Assembly: GCF_964355755.1 (NCBI RefSeq)
Contig: NC_092673.1
Span: 19,713,648 to 19,777,647, forward strand
Reading direction: 5' to 3'
DNA: 64,000 nt
Origin: Antedon mediterranea
Lineage: Eukaryota > Animalia > Echinodermata
Part shown: positions 1-14,189 of the stretch, piece by piece
How positions within the stretch are numbered: the stretch's first letter is position 1
Layout of the letters: each line of letters begins with the position of its first letter
Made by a program: the position numbers and the translations under genes
The notes under the pieces: generated by a model
Told to the model about the DNA's origin: nothing
Seen by the model: only the letters and a program-made list of their open reading frames with translations
Database searches by the model: none

Positions 1-87
1 ACTTTTAGTGATACGTTCGAACAAATGCATCAATTATTTATTATATTATCATTATAACATAGAATCAATGTTTTTTGGACATATTAA

Positions 88-435
88 AGGTGTATTGTCC
101 TCCTGAAAATATAATTCTTATGCCATTTTAATGTCACATTAAATAGTTATCCGCTATGACCAAAAGTTGGATTGAAAAAAAAAATCGTATTTAACTTAAA
201 AAACCCCTGTAATTTAAAGCAAAAATCAGTCAAATTAGCTGCCAGCCAACGGGTTTTTGGTTGAATTTAACCATTTATTAGAGTATATCATTGTATGACT
301 GAACAAATTATTGTTTTTCTTTTTTTTTCTATAGAAGTGATTAACTTTATTAAAACTACAAAATAACCTATAGTATTCAAAGTCTGATTTAATTAATCTT
401 CATTTTTCAAGTTTTTGGGGGACAATACAATATCT
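88..435 (+). mobile_element. Non-autonomous DNA transposon (Kolobok-like MITE)
   Basis: TTAA on both sides (84-87, 436-439); short TIR aggtgtattgtcc / ggacaatacaatatct; related copies at ~6378-6710, 16021-16160 (-), 23405-23615 (-), 24765-25110, 43365-43430. A TTAA TSD with RR..YY termini fits Kolobok. Confidence 0.6.
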
Positions 436-944
436 TTAAGCGACTCCCTTCTATTTTAGTTATATCATGGACGAATAACAACTAGTTTACCTCCATGGTT
501 ATATAAAGTAGCTGAATTATTAGCTTTTCTTAACCAAGCATTCCTCTCTCCAGACTAGACAATCACAATACTGTATGTTTGGTAACATTTCCACTCAAAG
601 AAACAAAAGTCTAAATATCATACATTATTGAGTTAGGAAATAAAGACTTTAGTTTAAGAATTTTGAAGTCATAAAATTGTCTCAAACATTTTGGGGTTCA
701 GTTTCTTCAAATCAATAATCAAATTATCTATAATTCAAAGTGATATTGTTAAAAATCACACAAAGTGTGAACATGATTTATTTCTTTATTCTTTATGGAT
801 TTATTGTAGATGGTGTCATTTTAAGAATCTTCCATGCAATATAATCTGTAACCATAATTACATGACACCATTGGATGTAATCAGTAGTGTACAGGCTAAA
901 TAATATTCTTTTATGGAATTTTGCAGGCTAAAGCAAACTTTGAA

Positions 945-3900
945 ATGGAAACAAATTTCCAGCAACTGAAATTGTCTTTCAGTGGACACTATAGAGGTGA
1001 CAAGTATAAGTGGCTGAGGTTCTTCCTTTCGATCACGTAACTGTAGAGGATATTACACATTCTTTTAATAGTGATTTTTTAATAGACAAACTCGAGCAGG
1101 AAAGTATAATCTCACCACAGAATGTCAGCCTTCTGTTAGATATTGCTTTAGTAACACAATTGACGGATGCCGTAGATCTGGTAATTCAGTATATGAATGT
1201 CAATGGTCAATACACTGATAAAGAAATTTCAAAATATCGAAAACAACTATTTGAGGTCTTAAGAGAAAGTGAACAAACTAATTTGAGCAGGGTTATTGCT
1301 CACTATGGTATGAAGTCAACTGAAATTAAAGATATTTGGGATGCAGTTTTGATGTTAGAGATTTGTGGCGATTTAGAAGATGACAATGACAAAATTAAAC
1401 ATTTTGAGAGTCTTCTTAAAATAAGCTCAAAGGAAGCACTAACTGGTAATAATTTTTTCCTTTTGATTGTATAGTTTTAATTTTTTAGGGTAAAAAAAAG
1501 ATAATAACATCAGAGGGTTAACTAAGGCAATGTAAAGATGTAAGCCCACCGTAAAGTAATTTGGTAGGTCATTCAAACTGCTTGTGATTGATCAACTCAC
1601 TTGCGTTGCGCCTACATTGTTGCGTTGTGTCCAAGTAGGAACCAAGCTTAAGCTATCTTTTGTACAGTAGATCAACTTTATATTGTGAATGAAAATATGG
1701 CGGTGCAGAGATTAAAGCTTCAAAACGCTTCCCTGCTCAGCATTGTTTGTCATCTATTGAAGTTGTCTTCCGTTTTGTGTGAAAAGTGTATCCCTTGTGG
1801 TCAGCAGCTTGATATTTGACCTAGGCATATGAAAATTGATTCACATGTTCCCATACAGCAATGAAACCAGTCTTTAAAATCTTATCGGGAATCGGGAAAT
1901 AAATTTTTGAGTAATCCTGCTAACTAACAAACACACACAAACACACCCGATCTACCTCATAACCTCTTGCCATTCTGGCAGAGGTAATAAGTATTAAAAT
2001 AATTATGTAGAATATATACTGTACACAAATTTAAATTATAGTTTTTGTTATTACCTACCTAAAAAACCATTTTTTGTTGAAAAAAGATTACTAAACACTG
2101 CAAAATTCCAAAAATACAGCAGCCGCCATCAAAACCAAAACAATTCTGGCAATTTTGACACCCCAAACTTTTTCCCTGGGGTGAATAAAATATAGTTTAA
2201 AACCTCTGGTCATTTTGATACCTCATTACGCGCTAGAATCCCCTCCCCCAACCTCTACTGCTGGCCCCAATAAAGAAAAAACGTGAACAACTATTTTTTA
2301 AATGTAATTAGACTATAAACTAAACACATCTGTTTGATATATCCTGTTGAAATAAAAAAAAATTGCGGAAAATGGCCAATCTTGCATTGTACTGAAGGTG
2401 ATCATGGAAATTGCTATAACAAATACCATAAAAGTAATATTTTTATTCTGCAGATCAAATTGTGGAGGTAATTGTGGATTCTACAGGTGGAACGCTTCAC
2501 CTTAAGGATGAAGACATAAAGTTAGAGATACATTCTGAAGCAATTGAAGGGGAGGAAGTGAAAGTAACGCTAGAAATTTTTTCTGAGGAAATAGACATTC
2601 CCATATCTCATCCTCGGGAATCAATAATATCACCTATAATTAAATGTGGACCAGAAGGTACCACCTTCAACAAGCCTATTTCATTGTCATTTCCACACGA
2701 TGCTGTAAATGAAGAGAATTGGGAATTCACTCTACTTGTTAAAGATCACATTCAAGATGAATGGAAACAAATAGCATTGACAAATGATAGAAAGGACGTT
2801 CATTTTACTTTAAACAAAGGTCTATGCTGTATAACATTAAATCATTTTAGTTGGTATGCACTAAAGGGTCATGTCAGAAATGCCGTTCATGCTAAGAAAA
2901 GAATGTTGTTAGGAGTTTTTGGAAAGATGCTTGCAAACGATGAGTATCAACTTCAAACAAGACTTTGTAAGCCGTCGGATGTAAAGGTAATTAATATATA
3001 ATTAATTGTTATATTTGAATAATGTAGTTATAATTTGTATTATTTTACTTACATTAACCTTTTAAAATATAGATATATTTTAATAAATGCATTTTGCTAG
3101 GTAGCCTTGTACTTTTTATTATGCCAAGTTAACTACTTTAGGTAATATTACTATTGACCAAATATCTGATCCCAACCGAGAAGTAACAGTGACTTTTGGC
3201 TTTTCGCAGAATTATTATTTCTAGAAATGGTGACAAAGTGGATTTTCTGCTTCTTTTCACAAGCACTAAATTTGAGCTAACGTCTAATACATTGATTAAA
3301 ATTGATGGCAGAAACATTCAAAATGTCATGTTGAATCATAAATTGAATTGATTCCTGATCATTATAAAATATACAGTGAAAAAGTGAACACGATGATTAC
3401 ATCTGACTTCCCTCAGATAATAGAAAACGTGTAATAAATCGGGAGATCAAACCTGGTTAAACAATTTATGCAGATTTGAAAAGGGTGTAGGAAACAAATA
3501 TGTACACAAATAACATTAAGTTTATGTATTTCAGAAGATAAAAGAAGACCACAGAGAAACCGGTGAGCAGCTTTTACGACCACCTGTAGATTTACTTTTT
3601 ATGTATAAAAAGATGAAAATTACTGTAGCGGCAGTATCAGAACAAGAATGGAATGTTCAAGATGAAAATGTACAAGTAAGAATATTTGTTCTAATTTACA
3701 TTACATGTATTATACAAATCATCACAATTTTTTAGGTTTGCATGGTAAAGAATATGCATTAAACACGTTTTTGCAATAATACCACATAACTTGGGAATTC
3801 ATAACTTGATCAATAAATAACAAAATCTCCATTGCTATCAGTATCAACCATGGACCATGATGCTGACTTAACATAGAAAGTCTGTCTTTGATTAGTCTCT

Positions 3901-4221
3901 TTGAAGGATGCACACCATTCTTTTTGTGGATTTATCATTGAGAAAAAAAAGAAAATTAATTTATATATAAATAAATAGTAATATTAATCACCGCAGCAAC
4001 CAATTTTTTATTTACAATGCCTTAGAGCTGTAACATTTTATGCATGACTTTTTTCCTAGACTGTCACTGCTGAATACTTATGGCGTGGAACACCATTGAA
4101 GACATTTCTTTTAAGAAGAAGCAATTCATTAGAAAATGTCTTAAAGGCAACAGTATCACTGTCACAAGAGTCAAATCGTATTGATCCAGTGCCTGTGTAT
4201 TTTAAGTATTTCAAATGCTAA
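945..4221 (+). CDS. Death-fold protein, 5' block: tandem DED-like + ZU5 + UPA-like; exons 945-1445, 2454-2986, 3535-3675, 4060-4221; -1 frameshift at ~1027-1029
   Basis: Phase-compatible GT-AG exons. ZU5 motifs (VDSTGGTLHL, ISPIIKCGPEGTTFNKPISLSFPH, LNHFSWY). First exon has VSLLLDIA and ISKYRKQL, resembling the tandem-DED junction of the caspase-8/FLIP family. TAA at 4219-4221 followed by AATAAA at 4271. Confidence 0.7.
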
Positions 4222-4792
4222 CATCAGTTTAATTTAAGTAGCAAATCAAGTCTACATTTATGATGAAGTAAATAAAATGTGGTATTCAAAATGTTAATCA
4301 GACATTAACCATTAGAGTGGGGTTGGCTTGTTTTTATCTGGCACTACAATATATTGTTACGTTGTTATTTCCTATTAAACACCTTAATTCTTTTGAGATT
4401 CTACTTTTAATCCACACATTTGGAATAGAGATTGAGTGTAAATGTTACATTGTGTTTTACATTTTGTAGGGCGTAACATTTTATTTTACTATAATTCAGG
4501 AAAGTGATTTGAAAAGCTTATTAATTATCAATTGTGAATATTGGCGCATATAATGTAATAACATATGTTAAAATTCCAATTACCTACACAACATGTATAT
4601 GACGTACGTCTGTATTTGATTATTGAAAATCTTAGTTGGGGTGGTTTTCCTGATCTCACAGATTTCCTCTCTTCATCGTATATAAATTATTAATTTCCAG
4701 TAAAATATCACTTCACAATTGTACATTATTTTGTTTCTTTTTCTATTGAAATAATTATGATTGTATATTTTTGTTTGTATTTTTTGTTACAG

Positions 4793-7700
4793 GTGATGTT
4801 GAGACAACAAGGCCAAATCCAGGTATGTTATATAATTATATTATGATAATGCTTGAGATTAATTTCTTTTTCAATAATGTTTTATGAAGAACTCAAGCTT
4901 TAATTATTTAATTTTTTATTTGTTTCATCACATGCCGGGACAGGTGTTCCTTCCAGTACAGATGTGTCTTCTGGTGCAAGTGTGTCTTCTGATACAGGTG
5001 TGTCTTCTGGTACAGGTGCATCAGACCAATGTATTAAGCAAGGTAATAACACTCTTTAGTTACAGTACTAATGTACTTACATTTAGAAAAATAAGTAAAA
5101 AAATAAGGGTTTTCTCAAATCTATCATGTTTACTGTATCTGTACGGTGACATTTAGCTGAGACAAGATTGATACAAGTTTGTACCTTGGTCTGATGGCTT
5201 AAAAATATATAATCTGAATCATCATGTTTCATTTAAAATGGTTACTTCTTATAAATTGGTTGTAAACATACTAATATTCATGTTATTAGTGATAGGTTAT
5301 GGTGACTAAAAGAATATAATTAATTTGTTGCAGAAACAAGAAATCCGTTGACAGAAAAGTTAATTGTGTTAAATGATGATCTCAGTGAAGTCTTTACAAA
5401 GAATAAGAGAAAGTTACTTTTTTTGAGATGTTGTCTAAATGAGCATGTTGAATTACAGGTCCTTTGCAATAAACATTACAAAGTAAAAGATTATTTTAAT
5501 GACCTCTCTGATAAAGCAAAGATTAAACCTACTGATGTCAGCCTTCTGCTGGAGATTGCAAGGCTATCCGAAATTCAGGAAGCTGAAGATGTTGTACAAC
5601 AGTACATGAGAGACAACAATGTTCAAAATACTGATCAACATAGATTGTCTCCGTATAGAAAGAGGTTGTGCAAGGCATTGACACAGTTTAACCCAAATGA
5701 ATTAAATAGAATTAATGCTTTTTATGAGTTGGAATTACCAACCATTTGGGATGTAACATTTGAGTTAGAGAGGAAAGGAAAATTAAGAGATGAATCACAA
5801 AGAAAAAAGTTTGCAGATCTTCTTGGAGCAATCCCAAAGGAAATACTATGTAAGTCAATTTATGTAATTTATAACCATACTATAAATCTAGGAAAAATAA
5901 ACAATAAAAAATAAAATATATATAATTAAATTAAAGAAAGGAAAACAAAAAGTTATACATTATTTTAATAATGCCTAATAACCAGTCAAAGATTTTTTAA
6001 ATTATTTTCTATTTCCTTCCGTTTTAACTTTATTTTGACCCAGTCATTGTTCGATGAATCAATTGATCAAATGCAAAATCTGATAGTGAACTAATTCAGA
6101 CATGTGAAGTCTCAAAAAAGCTATACCCCAGTGGTTAGAATTATACCACACTTTTCAAATCTCATAATAGTAATTACCATGCCCTCTAATGATATATAAT
6201 TTTGTTTACTAATCAATGAATGTTACATTTATACCAAACAAAAATATTACTGCACATACTGACATGCTATGGAATTATAATATTACCAAAATCTATGTTT
6301 TCACAGATGGACAAGATGATTTCAGTTTTGCATCACTGCAGTCTGTCAACCGAAGCAGTCAACAAGGTATGATCTATTAAAAATATATTGTCACCCTGAA
6401 AAAAAATTTTTTTTTATAAATATTTTTGTTGAATATGCTATTTTATGTCACATAATCGTTATTCAGTTTGACCAACAATTGGATCAGATAAAAAAATATT
6501 GATTTACCTGAAAAATTGTAATTTAAAGCTATAAATAGTCAAATTGACTGAAAGTGAATGGGTTTTTTTGTTGAATTTAAATGTTTATTTTTGTTTTGAG
6601 TGAAGTGAGTGTGAAAACATTACTTTTTTAAATTTTACTGAAGTGATAGGCCTAAACTTTATTAAAACTGCAAAATGGCCTATTCAAAGCATATTATATT
6701 AATCTTTAAAATACATACAAACATGTGTATAAATATGAAATTGCAGTTGTACTGTGTCAATTATTTTGCCAATTACTAGATGTATATTTAATTAACCCAG
6801 AATTAAACAAATGACCCACACCACACCAATATTTTGGTTCCTTTAATTGTTCAGTCAGCAAAAATACTGAAATTATATATGTCAACACTGACCTGTTCTT
6901 GTACATTACATTTTCTATTGTAAAATATTATGCATTAATCTTTCCTACAAATTGTTTTAGCCCTAAATTCATCAAACTATTTAGTTAGATATTTTATTCA
7001 TTTATTTATAAACATATTTTACATGGATACAATATTTATTTACACATATAAATTACAAGATAAAAACTACAAACTTTGATAAAAATAAGAAAATAGAAAC
7101 TTGTTATTAAATCTTGGCAACGTGTATACTTGGAAATCAGCGCCATCTAATTTTATTTTGACAAACACAAATTCACTGAATTTGTGCCATGTAATGGTGA
7201 AATTGTTTGCAATTCTGATGGTTTTAAATTTTACTATGTAGGAAGTTTAACACAGGTGAAATGTTTAGTTATGTAATACATTAACATATAATACAATCTT
7301 ATTTTAATCATTCATTATTTCAGGTTCACAGCAACCACATAGGTAAGTGTTATCTTTATGAGTAATCTCACTATAGTAGTGTAAATATGCAATTAGAGCA
7401 CCAATGGTACAGAAACAATTTTATATTGTTATTGTGACTTTAATATTAATTCTCAGTACATATATTCTGGATATATTCCACAATGTCAATATAGCCTACT
7501 TAGAGTGAACTGTAACATTTGACATCCCCGAGGGAATGACATTTTTCTCAAGGAACTATATATTTTCCTGAAACAAGGCTGAGGGAAATATCATTTCCAG
7601 TAGGATGTCAAATGTTGTAATGCACCAATATAAAATGTGATATTTGTTTTATTATATAGCCAAATATCAGTAGACCTGGCTGGGTATGCCAACTCATCTG

Positions 7701-8769
7701 CTGGGTCTGTCGGCTTTTCGGGTATGTCCCTATCAAGCCAGGTCAAAACCACATTTGGTATATGCCTAATAGAGCCTAATCTATTTATTTTGTTATAAAG
7801 TTTAAAGACTAGATGTTCGGCTTATTGATCGGAAGGAGTGTGCTCCTTCTAATAAACAGAGGTGTCCCCTGCACATAAAAGTTTATAATCCAATCCCAAG
7901 TTGCTGCACATAAATTACTCTTTCAATATAATACTAGTCCTCAAAAGTAAACAGAATTTACAGTCAAAATAAACTCGATGTTTACAATCCACAAAACGGT
8001 AGCCATTCCAACCAATCACGTTCATGTATTCACATAAGTTATATAGAACATTATAACTGGATCCATAACTTGATCCATGATGAAAATTGTTTGATTGATT
8101 AATTATTATGCATCATCTTAATTCAATATTTATAAATAAAACAACAAGTTAAAGAAACAATTTGAGACATGCTAAGAAATGTTCATAAAATTAACATTCA
8201 TCAATATCTTTTGAATGCATTTATGCGATCTATTTACAGTGCTAAGCAAATAAACCAATTCTTAATGAATTTTTAATTTTGCGTATATATCTTTATTTAA
8301 AGGAGACAAAGGATACCGACAGGTAATTTAACCATTCTATTTTTAACTCCTGACGCATTTTAAAGTTTTATTTCTCTTGAAAAACTAAATGCAATTTAGG
8401 ATATGATACGATATTATTTATTTTCATTTTAACAACATGGTTCAAAGGAAATTTGGTTCGTTTGTAAGAAAAATAAATGATTACCTAATAAACAATTTTG
8501 TAATTTCCAAAAAGATAAATTTATATGAATGTTGTATTTTTAACTAATGGTGATTTAAAAAAAACAACTTTATGAAGTTTAAATTTGTTTGTATTTCAGA
8601 GTACTGGGTAGCACTTATTTGTATTTTAGTAGCAGTCTTTGCAGTTTATATTTATGGAAATATAAAAACCTTATTTTTGTATTTTGTTGCTATTGTAATT
8701 CTAGTTGTATTTATTGGTTATTTATGTGATAAACTGTGGAAGTTTTACACTCAAAACAGAGGGTGCTAA
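4793..8769 (+). CDS. Death-fold protein, 3' block: Ser/Gly linker + second tandem DED-like + two C-terminal TM helices; exons 4793-4822, 4944-5042, 5334-5849, 6307-6366, 7324-7342, 8303-8322, 8600-8769
   Basis: All exons have GT-AG and chain in frame (donor phases 1,1,1,1,2,1). Exon 5334-5849 is paralogous to exon 945-1445 (LFLRCCLNEHV/KWLRFFLFDHV, DVSLLLEIA/NVSLLLDIA, LSPYRKRL/ISKYRKQL, TIWD/DIWD). Last exon encodes two hydrophobic stretches (YWVALICILVAVFAVYIYG; LFLYFVAIVILVVFIGYLC). Confidence 0.7.
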
Positions 8770-9099
8770 CAGCTGACTTAATCAACAGTCTGATTACTAA
8801 TTAATCAATATTTAGAAATGTAATAATAACTAATCATGGTACCATTTTAAAGGCAAAGAAAAATAAATGTGAAGTGAAAAGAAGTGAAAATATATGAGAA
8901 TAATCAAATATCTATATGTATTCCTATTATGAATCTAAATAATAATTTGGTAAGAAATATATACATTTCATTTTTGTTCTCTTCATTTTATAATAAGCGT
9001 AATCAAATGATATATAATTTAGTAATTAGTTTATAGCATTATAAGTGTATCTTCTGAGTAGTAGTATTACACATTTTGTTCTCAATTCATTCTTTATGC

Positions 9100-11945
9100 A
9101 AACTTGATATCTGCTGTCCGTACCAAATGACACAGTCATAGTCCAATTCTTTACATGGCTAAATTGTTGAATGTGACACTCTCGCCATGTCTCCACATAT
9201 CAGATTGATTGCAGTGGAAATTGTAAGGTCTTTGAGCTCAGCATTTCATTTCATTTCATTTCATTATTTATTAGGTCTATTTAAGTATATACAAAACAAA
9301 AAAAACTGAAATTGGGGAGACCAGGGTCAACCTAAGTGAACTTAATCACTGTAGCTGAGCCGGTTGACCCAACCCCAAAGTCAGTTTACACATAAAAGAC
9401 AAAATACAGTTAACAGCGAATCAAAATGAATATGAACTTTTCTAATGAAGGCTGATGGGCTTTCTAGGACTGCACCATCTGTCAACGGCATCATCCAATG
9501 TGATCGCAAGATTGATGACCTGTTGACGGTAATCTCGTAAAATAGTATAATAATAGTTTCTGAAACAGGAAGTGCCTCTCTTCATCCAGAGGTCGTCCAA
9601 CCTAAGAAAACAATCATTAAAATAAAAATAAAATAAGCATCTCTCAAAAAGTAAATAATATTACCAATTAATATACCTATAGCCTATGATTTATACCTTG
9701 ACATTTTCAACAGAGTGTTCGAACAGTGTCCTGCACCTATAATAATAATAATAATAACAACTTTATTTAAAAACGGATGCAACTCTTGAATCACCATATT
9801 GGTGTTTTTCACAAGGCCGTTACTTACTACAAAACTATTAGACACAAGTTATCATTTAAAATACATATGATTAAAAAACTATACAAAAAAATAAAACAAG
9901 ATGATACAATGCCTCTTCAGCTACCAAATCTATGATTCCAGACAGACGTCCAGCAGCAACCTCATGTCCCCATGCATCACCTCGTTTCACTGCTGTTTCC
10001 ATAATGTTCCTTTTCAGTTGATCCTTATAACGGTTATCAGGGACACGATAACATTTTCTAGCCTTGTCTGAGGATGGACAGTATTACAGAATAAGATTTA
10101 CGATTAAATAGTTTCATTTGAAGACTACTGTGTAGCATATTAAGGAGAAAGTTTAGAAATGCAACTTACTAGGGTTTTTGGCAAATGCTCCAACATTATT
10201 TGTTACACAATATATAAACTTCACGATAGGATTAGGGTTAGTGTGTTGGTGGTCAATGGGAATTGGGATTGGGAGTCTTTTTATCCTGACTGACAATTGG
10301 TCATCAAGGCCTTGTTCTACATAAAATAATTATTAGTAAAATGTTATATAGTTTAACTTCAAACAATACTGTCTGCAAAAACTAATTATTGTAATTTCAA
10401 ATTACTGAACTTGCAATAAAGAATATTGAACAAGAAGTAACTCTACGCACGATTAGAAGTTGAAGTAGATTTTACAAGACTATATAACTATGTTTTACAG
10501 TCTACATGTCATCTACATTGTGGTTCAAGTCCTCATTTAGTCTTCTTATCAGTGGTGCATTGTCCTACAGATAAAACGTCTTAAAGCATGGCAGCTTACA
10601 ACATACTCTTCTTTTTCCTAAACAACAATGTTAATTGCATGTACAGTATAACATATTGATTGGAGATCAGAGAGTAAATTTAAATCTTTATAATCCAGAT
10701 TCATTTCTATTTTAATGAAATGAAAAGTAATAAAAGTAGTAGAATTTTGCTAATAACACTCTATAAAATTTCAACTGAATAATTAGTTTATTGAATGAGA
10801 CGATAACATACATGGTAACCTAGACCAAGTAGGCCAACCCTATAATTAGCCTCCTGAGGAGGCTCTTTGTAGGCATAGTTTAGTCTATAAAAGTAGGAAC
10901 TGGTTACCTTAAACAAAGCCTAAGGTCATGCCTACCTAAACTAAAGTCTAATTACAATAATAATCTATTTATTTATTAAACTACTTCATTCAATGTTGCA
11001 TATAAAATCGAAAAGCAACTAAATTAACTCAATATAAAAACAATTAAATTATTATACATTGTTCATAACATTTGTTATGCACCTGTATGGTAAATGTTGA
11101 TGGTTTGTCGGTTGACATTTTGTCAGTTGTCAAGTGTTGCTATGTATCAAAACACATGATCAGGACACATGATTAAACAAAGCTCTTTGCTGATTGGATA
11201 AAAGTTGATCAGTATTGGAAATGCCATTTCAAATCACTTGGGACAAATATCTCCATACACTCTTTTAAGTAGGCATTTGCCGAACATATTTTTACCACAA
11301 TACCGTATTATAACCAATAGCTTTTTAAATAAGTTCAGGTCGAAGGTCAAGTTGTCAAAAATTATATTTCTATTTAACTTTGGGGAAAAAGTTATATTAG
11401 ATTAAATACAAATATGGATGTTTGGATGAAGTTAAGACCGATTTAAAGTGTCTGCGACCAATAGTTACCTAAATTAACACTAGATTGGGTCAAAGGTCAA
11501 TAATGGTATTTCTGGTTAGTTTTGTAAAATTAGTTTTATTAATGTAAATATAAACATGTATAAATTGAGACCAGTTTGAGGTATCTATGACCAGTAGTTA
11601 CTGAGATACTGATAAGGTCGGGTCAAGGGTAAATTGGTCATAAAACCATATTTCCGGTCATTTTTGGAAAAAATATTCCATTAGAGTAAATATAAATATG
11701 TATATTATGAACATTTTGAGACCAAATATAAGTCTCTATGTTTATTAGTTAACGAGATATATGAAAATGTCTTGTTAAAGGCTGCCATTTTGAAAAATGG
11801 CTGCCAAAAATTTTCCTCTAGGAGTTGAGTTGGAACTAATTGATAGATGTTAGTAGACATGTTTCTTGACACTTTGGCGAAAAAAGCTATTAGTAAGCAA
11901 TTTTTTCCTAGATTTGAGACAAATTTGCTTAAAAGTTAGTTACTC
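9100..11945 (-). mobile_element. Decayed Academ-like DNA transposon (N-terminal transposase relics plus probable terminal region)
   Basis: Minus strand 10080-9901 reads ...[29 protein letters not shown]; ~9600 reads VGRPLDEERHFLF; ~9240 reads KDLTISTAINLICGD. I recognise these as motifs of Academ-type transposases. 11200-11945 has subterminal repeats and the palindrome gccattttgaaaaatggc. Confidence 0.5.
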
Positions 11946-12305
11946 CATCCATGATATTTTGTCCACGTGCGATGTTGCCGTGTATGAGTTTTGGGGATTC
12001 CCTCATCTGTAACCAGAGCATGATTGGTAAAATGTGATCACGTGGTACAGTTTTTAAGACGTAGAGGATAATTTGAAGTGTAATGTTCGCCCTGACCAAA
12101 TCACTCACGCCGTGTATATTAAAATAAAGTACAAAAATATGAAACAGTAATAATTGCAACAGAATTTTTTTCAATGCAATGCATTTCTTTGAGGTCCCCA
12201 GAACACTATACTAAAAGTCCCAACAAATCCTAATAAGGGAAGACGTCTAATTTGCATAAATCCAAAAGGGCCACCAAAATTAAATAATTTGACATATTTT
12301 GACTT

Positions 12306-12990
12306 CTAAACGGTCAAGGCGCTTTTGGGGAAGTTTCTCTGATGAGACACACTCCGACCAACTCATTGGTTGCTGTCAAAACCATCTTAACTGGCAGTGA
12401 AGATAACATCCACCTAGAGGCTCGCACAATGCAACTATGTTCTGCTCACCCATCATCCGTTCATGTTTGGCGTAGTAAGAGATGATAATAACATCATTCA
12501 AATTGTCTCTTCATTTATTGGAGTTGACAGTTCATCTCTTACTCTTCGAAAAGCAATAAAGAGTATTAAATTCGCCAACATAAACAGGAGGTCAATTCTT
12601 AACATCCTATTGACAGTATCTGATGGTGTGAAGTTTCTTCACCAGAAAAAAATGCACATAATGATATAAAAGCTGAAAACATTCTCCTGTCAAGAAGGTT
12701 AGTTTACTAATTGTTGGTTTGAAAAAAAAGAATATTTCCAAAATCTACAAACCAGATGAACATTTTCAATCATTCTCCTTTCACATGAAAGTGATGAATG
12801 GGTGGGCAAGATTATTGACATGAGTGGAATAACATCACCACTTGTGGAACCACCTGCTGCTGAAGTAACATCAAGCGACATCTTCGCCCTCTGCTTTGTT
12901 ATGTGTGAAGTAGCCCAGGCATGCCATTAGCAGCAACTTAATGAGTTGGCCGTGAGATGCAAGAAAACTCGACCACCGATTAACACATAC
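12306..12990 (+). pseudogene. Ser/Thr protein kinase pseudogene
   Basis: GQGAFGEV (Gly loop), VAVK, helix-C E, HNDIKAENILL (~12657) and KIIDMSG, in shifting frames (frameshifts at ~12460 and ~12655); C-lobe largely deleted. Confidence 0.8.
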
Positions 12991-14189
12991 ATTATGTTCA
13001 AATTCAATAATCAATATTATATTTAATACTGAATCTCTGTTTTAATCATGTTTGCAACTTTCAACATAGAGCAATATTTGAATTATAATTATTTATAGAT
13101 TTTTATACAAAGAAATGTTTTAAATACAATAACGGTATAATTATATGATATAACAAAATGATATCTAAAATGTGTTTGTTGTACGTTTAGACAATATTGG
13201 TAGGCCTACAGTAAATCATTTCGTTGTAAAAACAGAAAGGGTTGCTTTCTGTGACGGATCCTCGCGAATTATTTTACAACCTGATACAGAGACAGTGATG
13301 GCGATGACTGGTAGCGGTAATAACGCAAGCTGTTTTTTCTCTATCATGTGCTTTAATAATGTGCGATATATTTTATTATATAACACCTAAATAGATTCCT
13401 GTAATTCGATTGAACGATTGTTTGGTCGTTTGTTTACTACAGTAGGTGTGTTATAAAATCCAAATGAATATAATGTAATGTAATACATTATTAAAAACCA
13501 AATGTTACTATTTCAATCAATAATGCTAGGCCTATCTTTTATTTGATTCAAATGATAGGAATCTGTTTAGTTGTATAAAACAACTAATAATTTTTTTATA
13601 TTCGTGTAATGGTACAAATAATGGCATTTGGTGAATGATGAAAGGTTATAATAATATGTCAACTTGGCTTCGCCTCGTTAAAGGCCGATAACAATCGACG
13701 ATAAATAGATAAAAATACATTTTTTTAAAGAACAGTTTTTGTTATAGGATAATCATGTAGGCCTATGCTGTATTTGATAAGAATAATATTTTTTTAAATC
13801 CAATCAAATGTCATGATCAATAAAAACAATAAACTTGTTGTATTGTAACGATATTATTGCTCTTACTAATCATGACGTCATTTGATTGCACGTGTGGAAA
13901 TATTATTTTCATCAAAGGCAGCAGAGGATAAAACTTTGTAAATAGGCCTACGTGAACGTAATTGGTTGAAACTGCATCACATGACTACCGCTGCGAGGAT
14001 CCTAAATCGTATAATTATATCTTCGAGTACAATGATATTAAACATATAAAATCCACCAAATTATCGAGTACGATGATATTGACTGTGTCATTTTCGTGTG
14101 GCAACACTCGCGAAGAATCAGTTTTCAGACATGAGCACAATAGAGAAAATCTTATGTATCTTGAAATTAGTTTTTCAGCATTTCCAGAT

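Noticed and set aside
4884-5156. 90-aa hydrophobic ORF (QVCLLVQ repeats)
   Set aside because: Wrong frame of exon 4944-5042, which in phase 1 encodes VSSGTG-type repeats.
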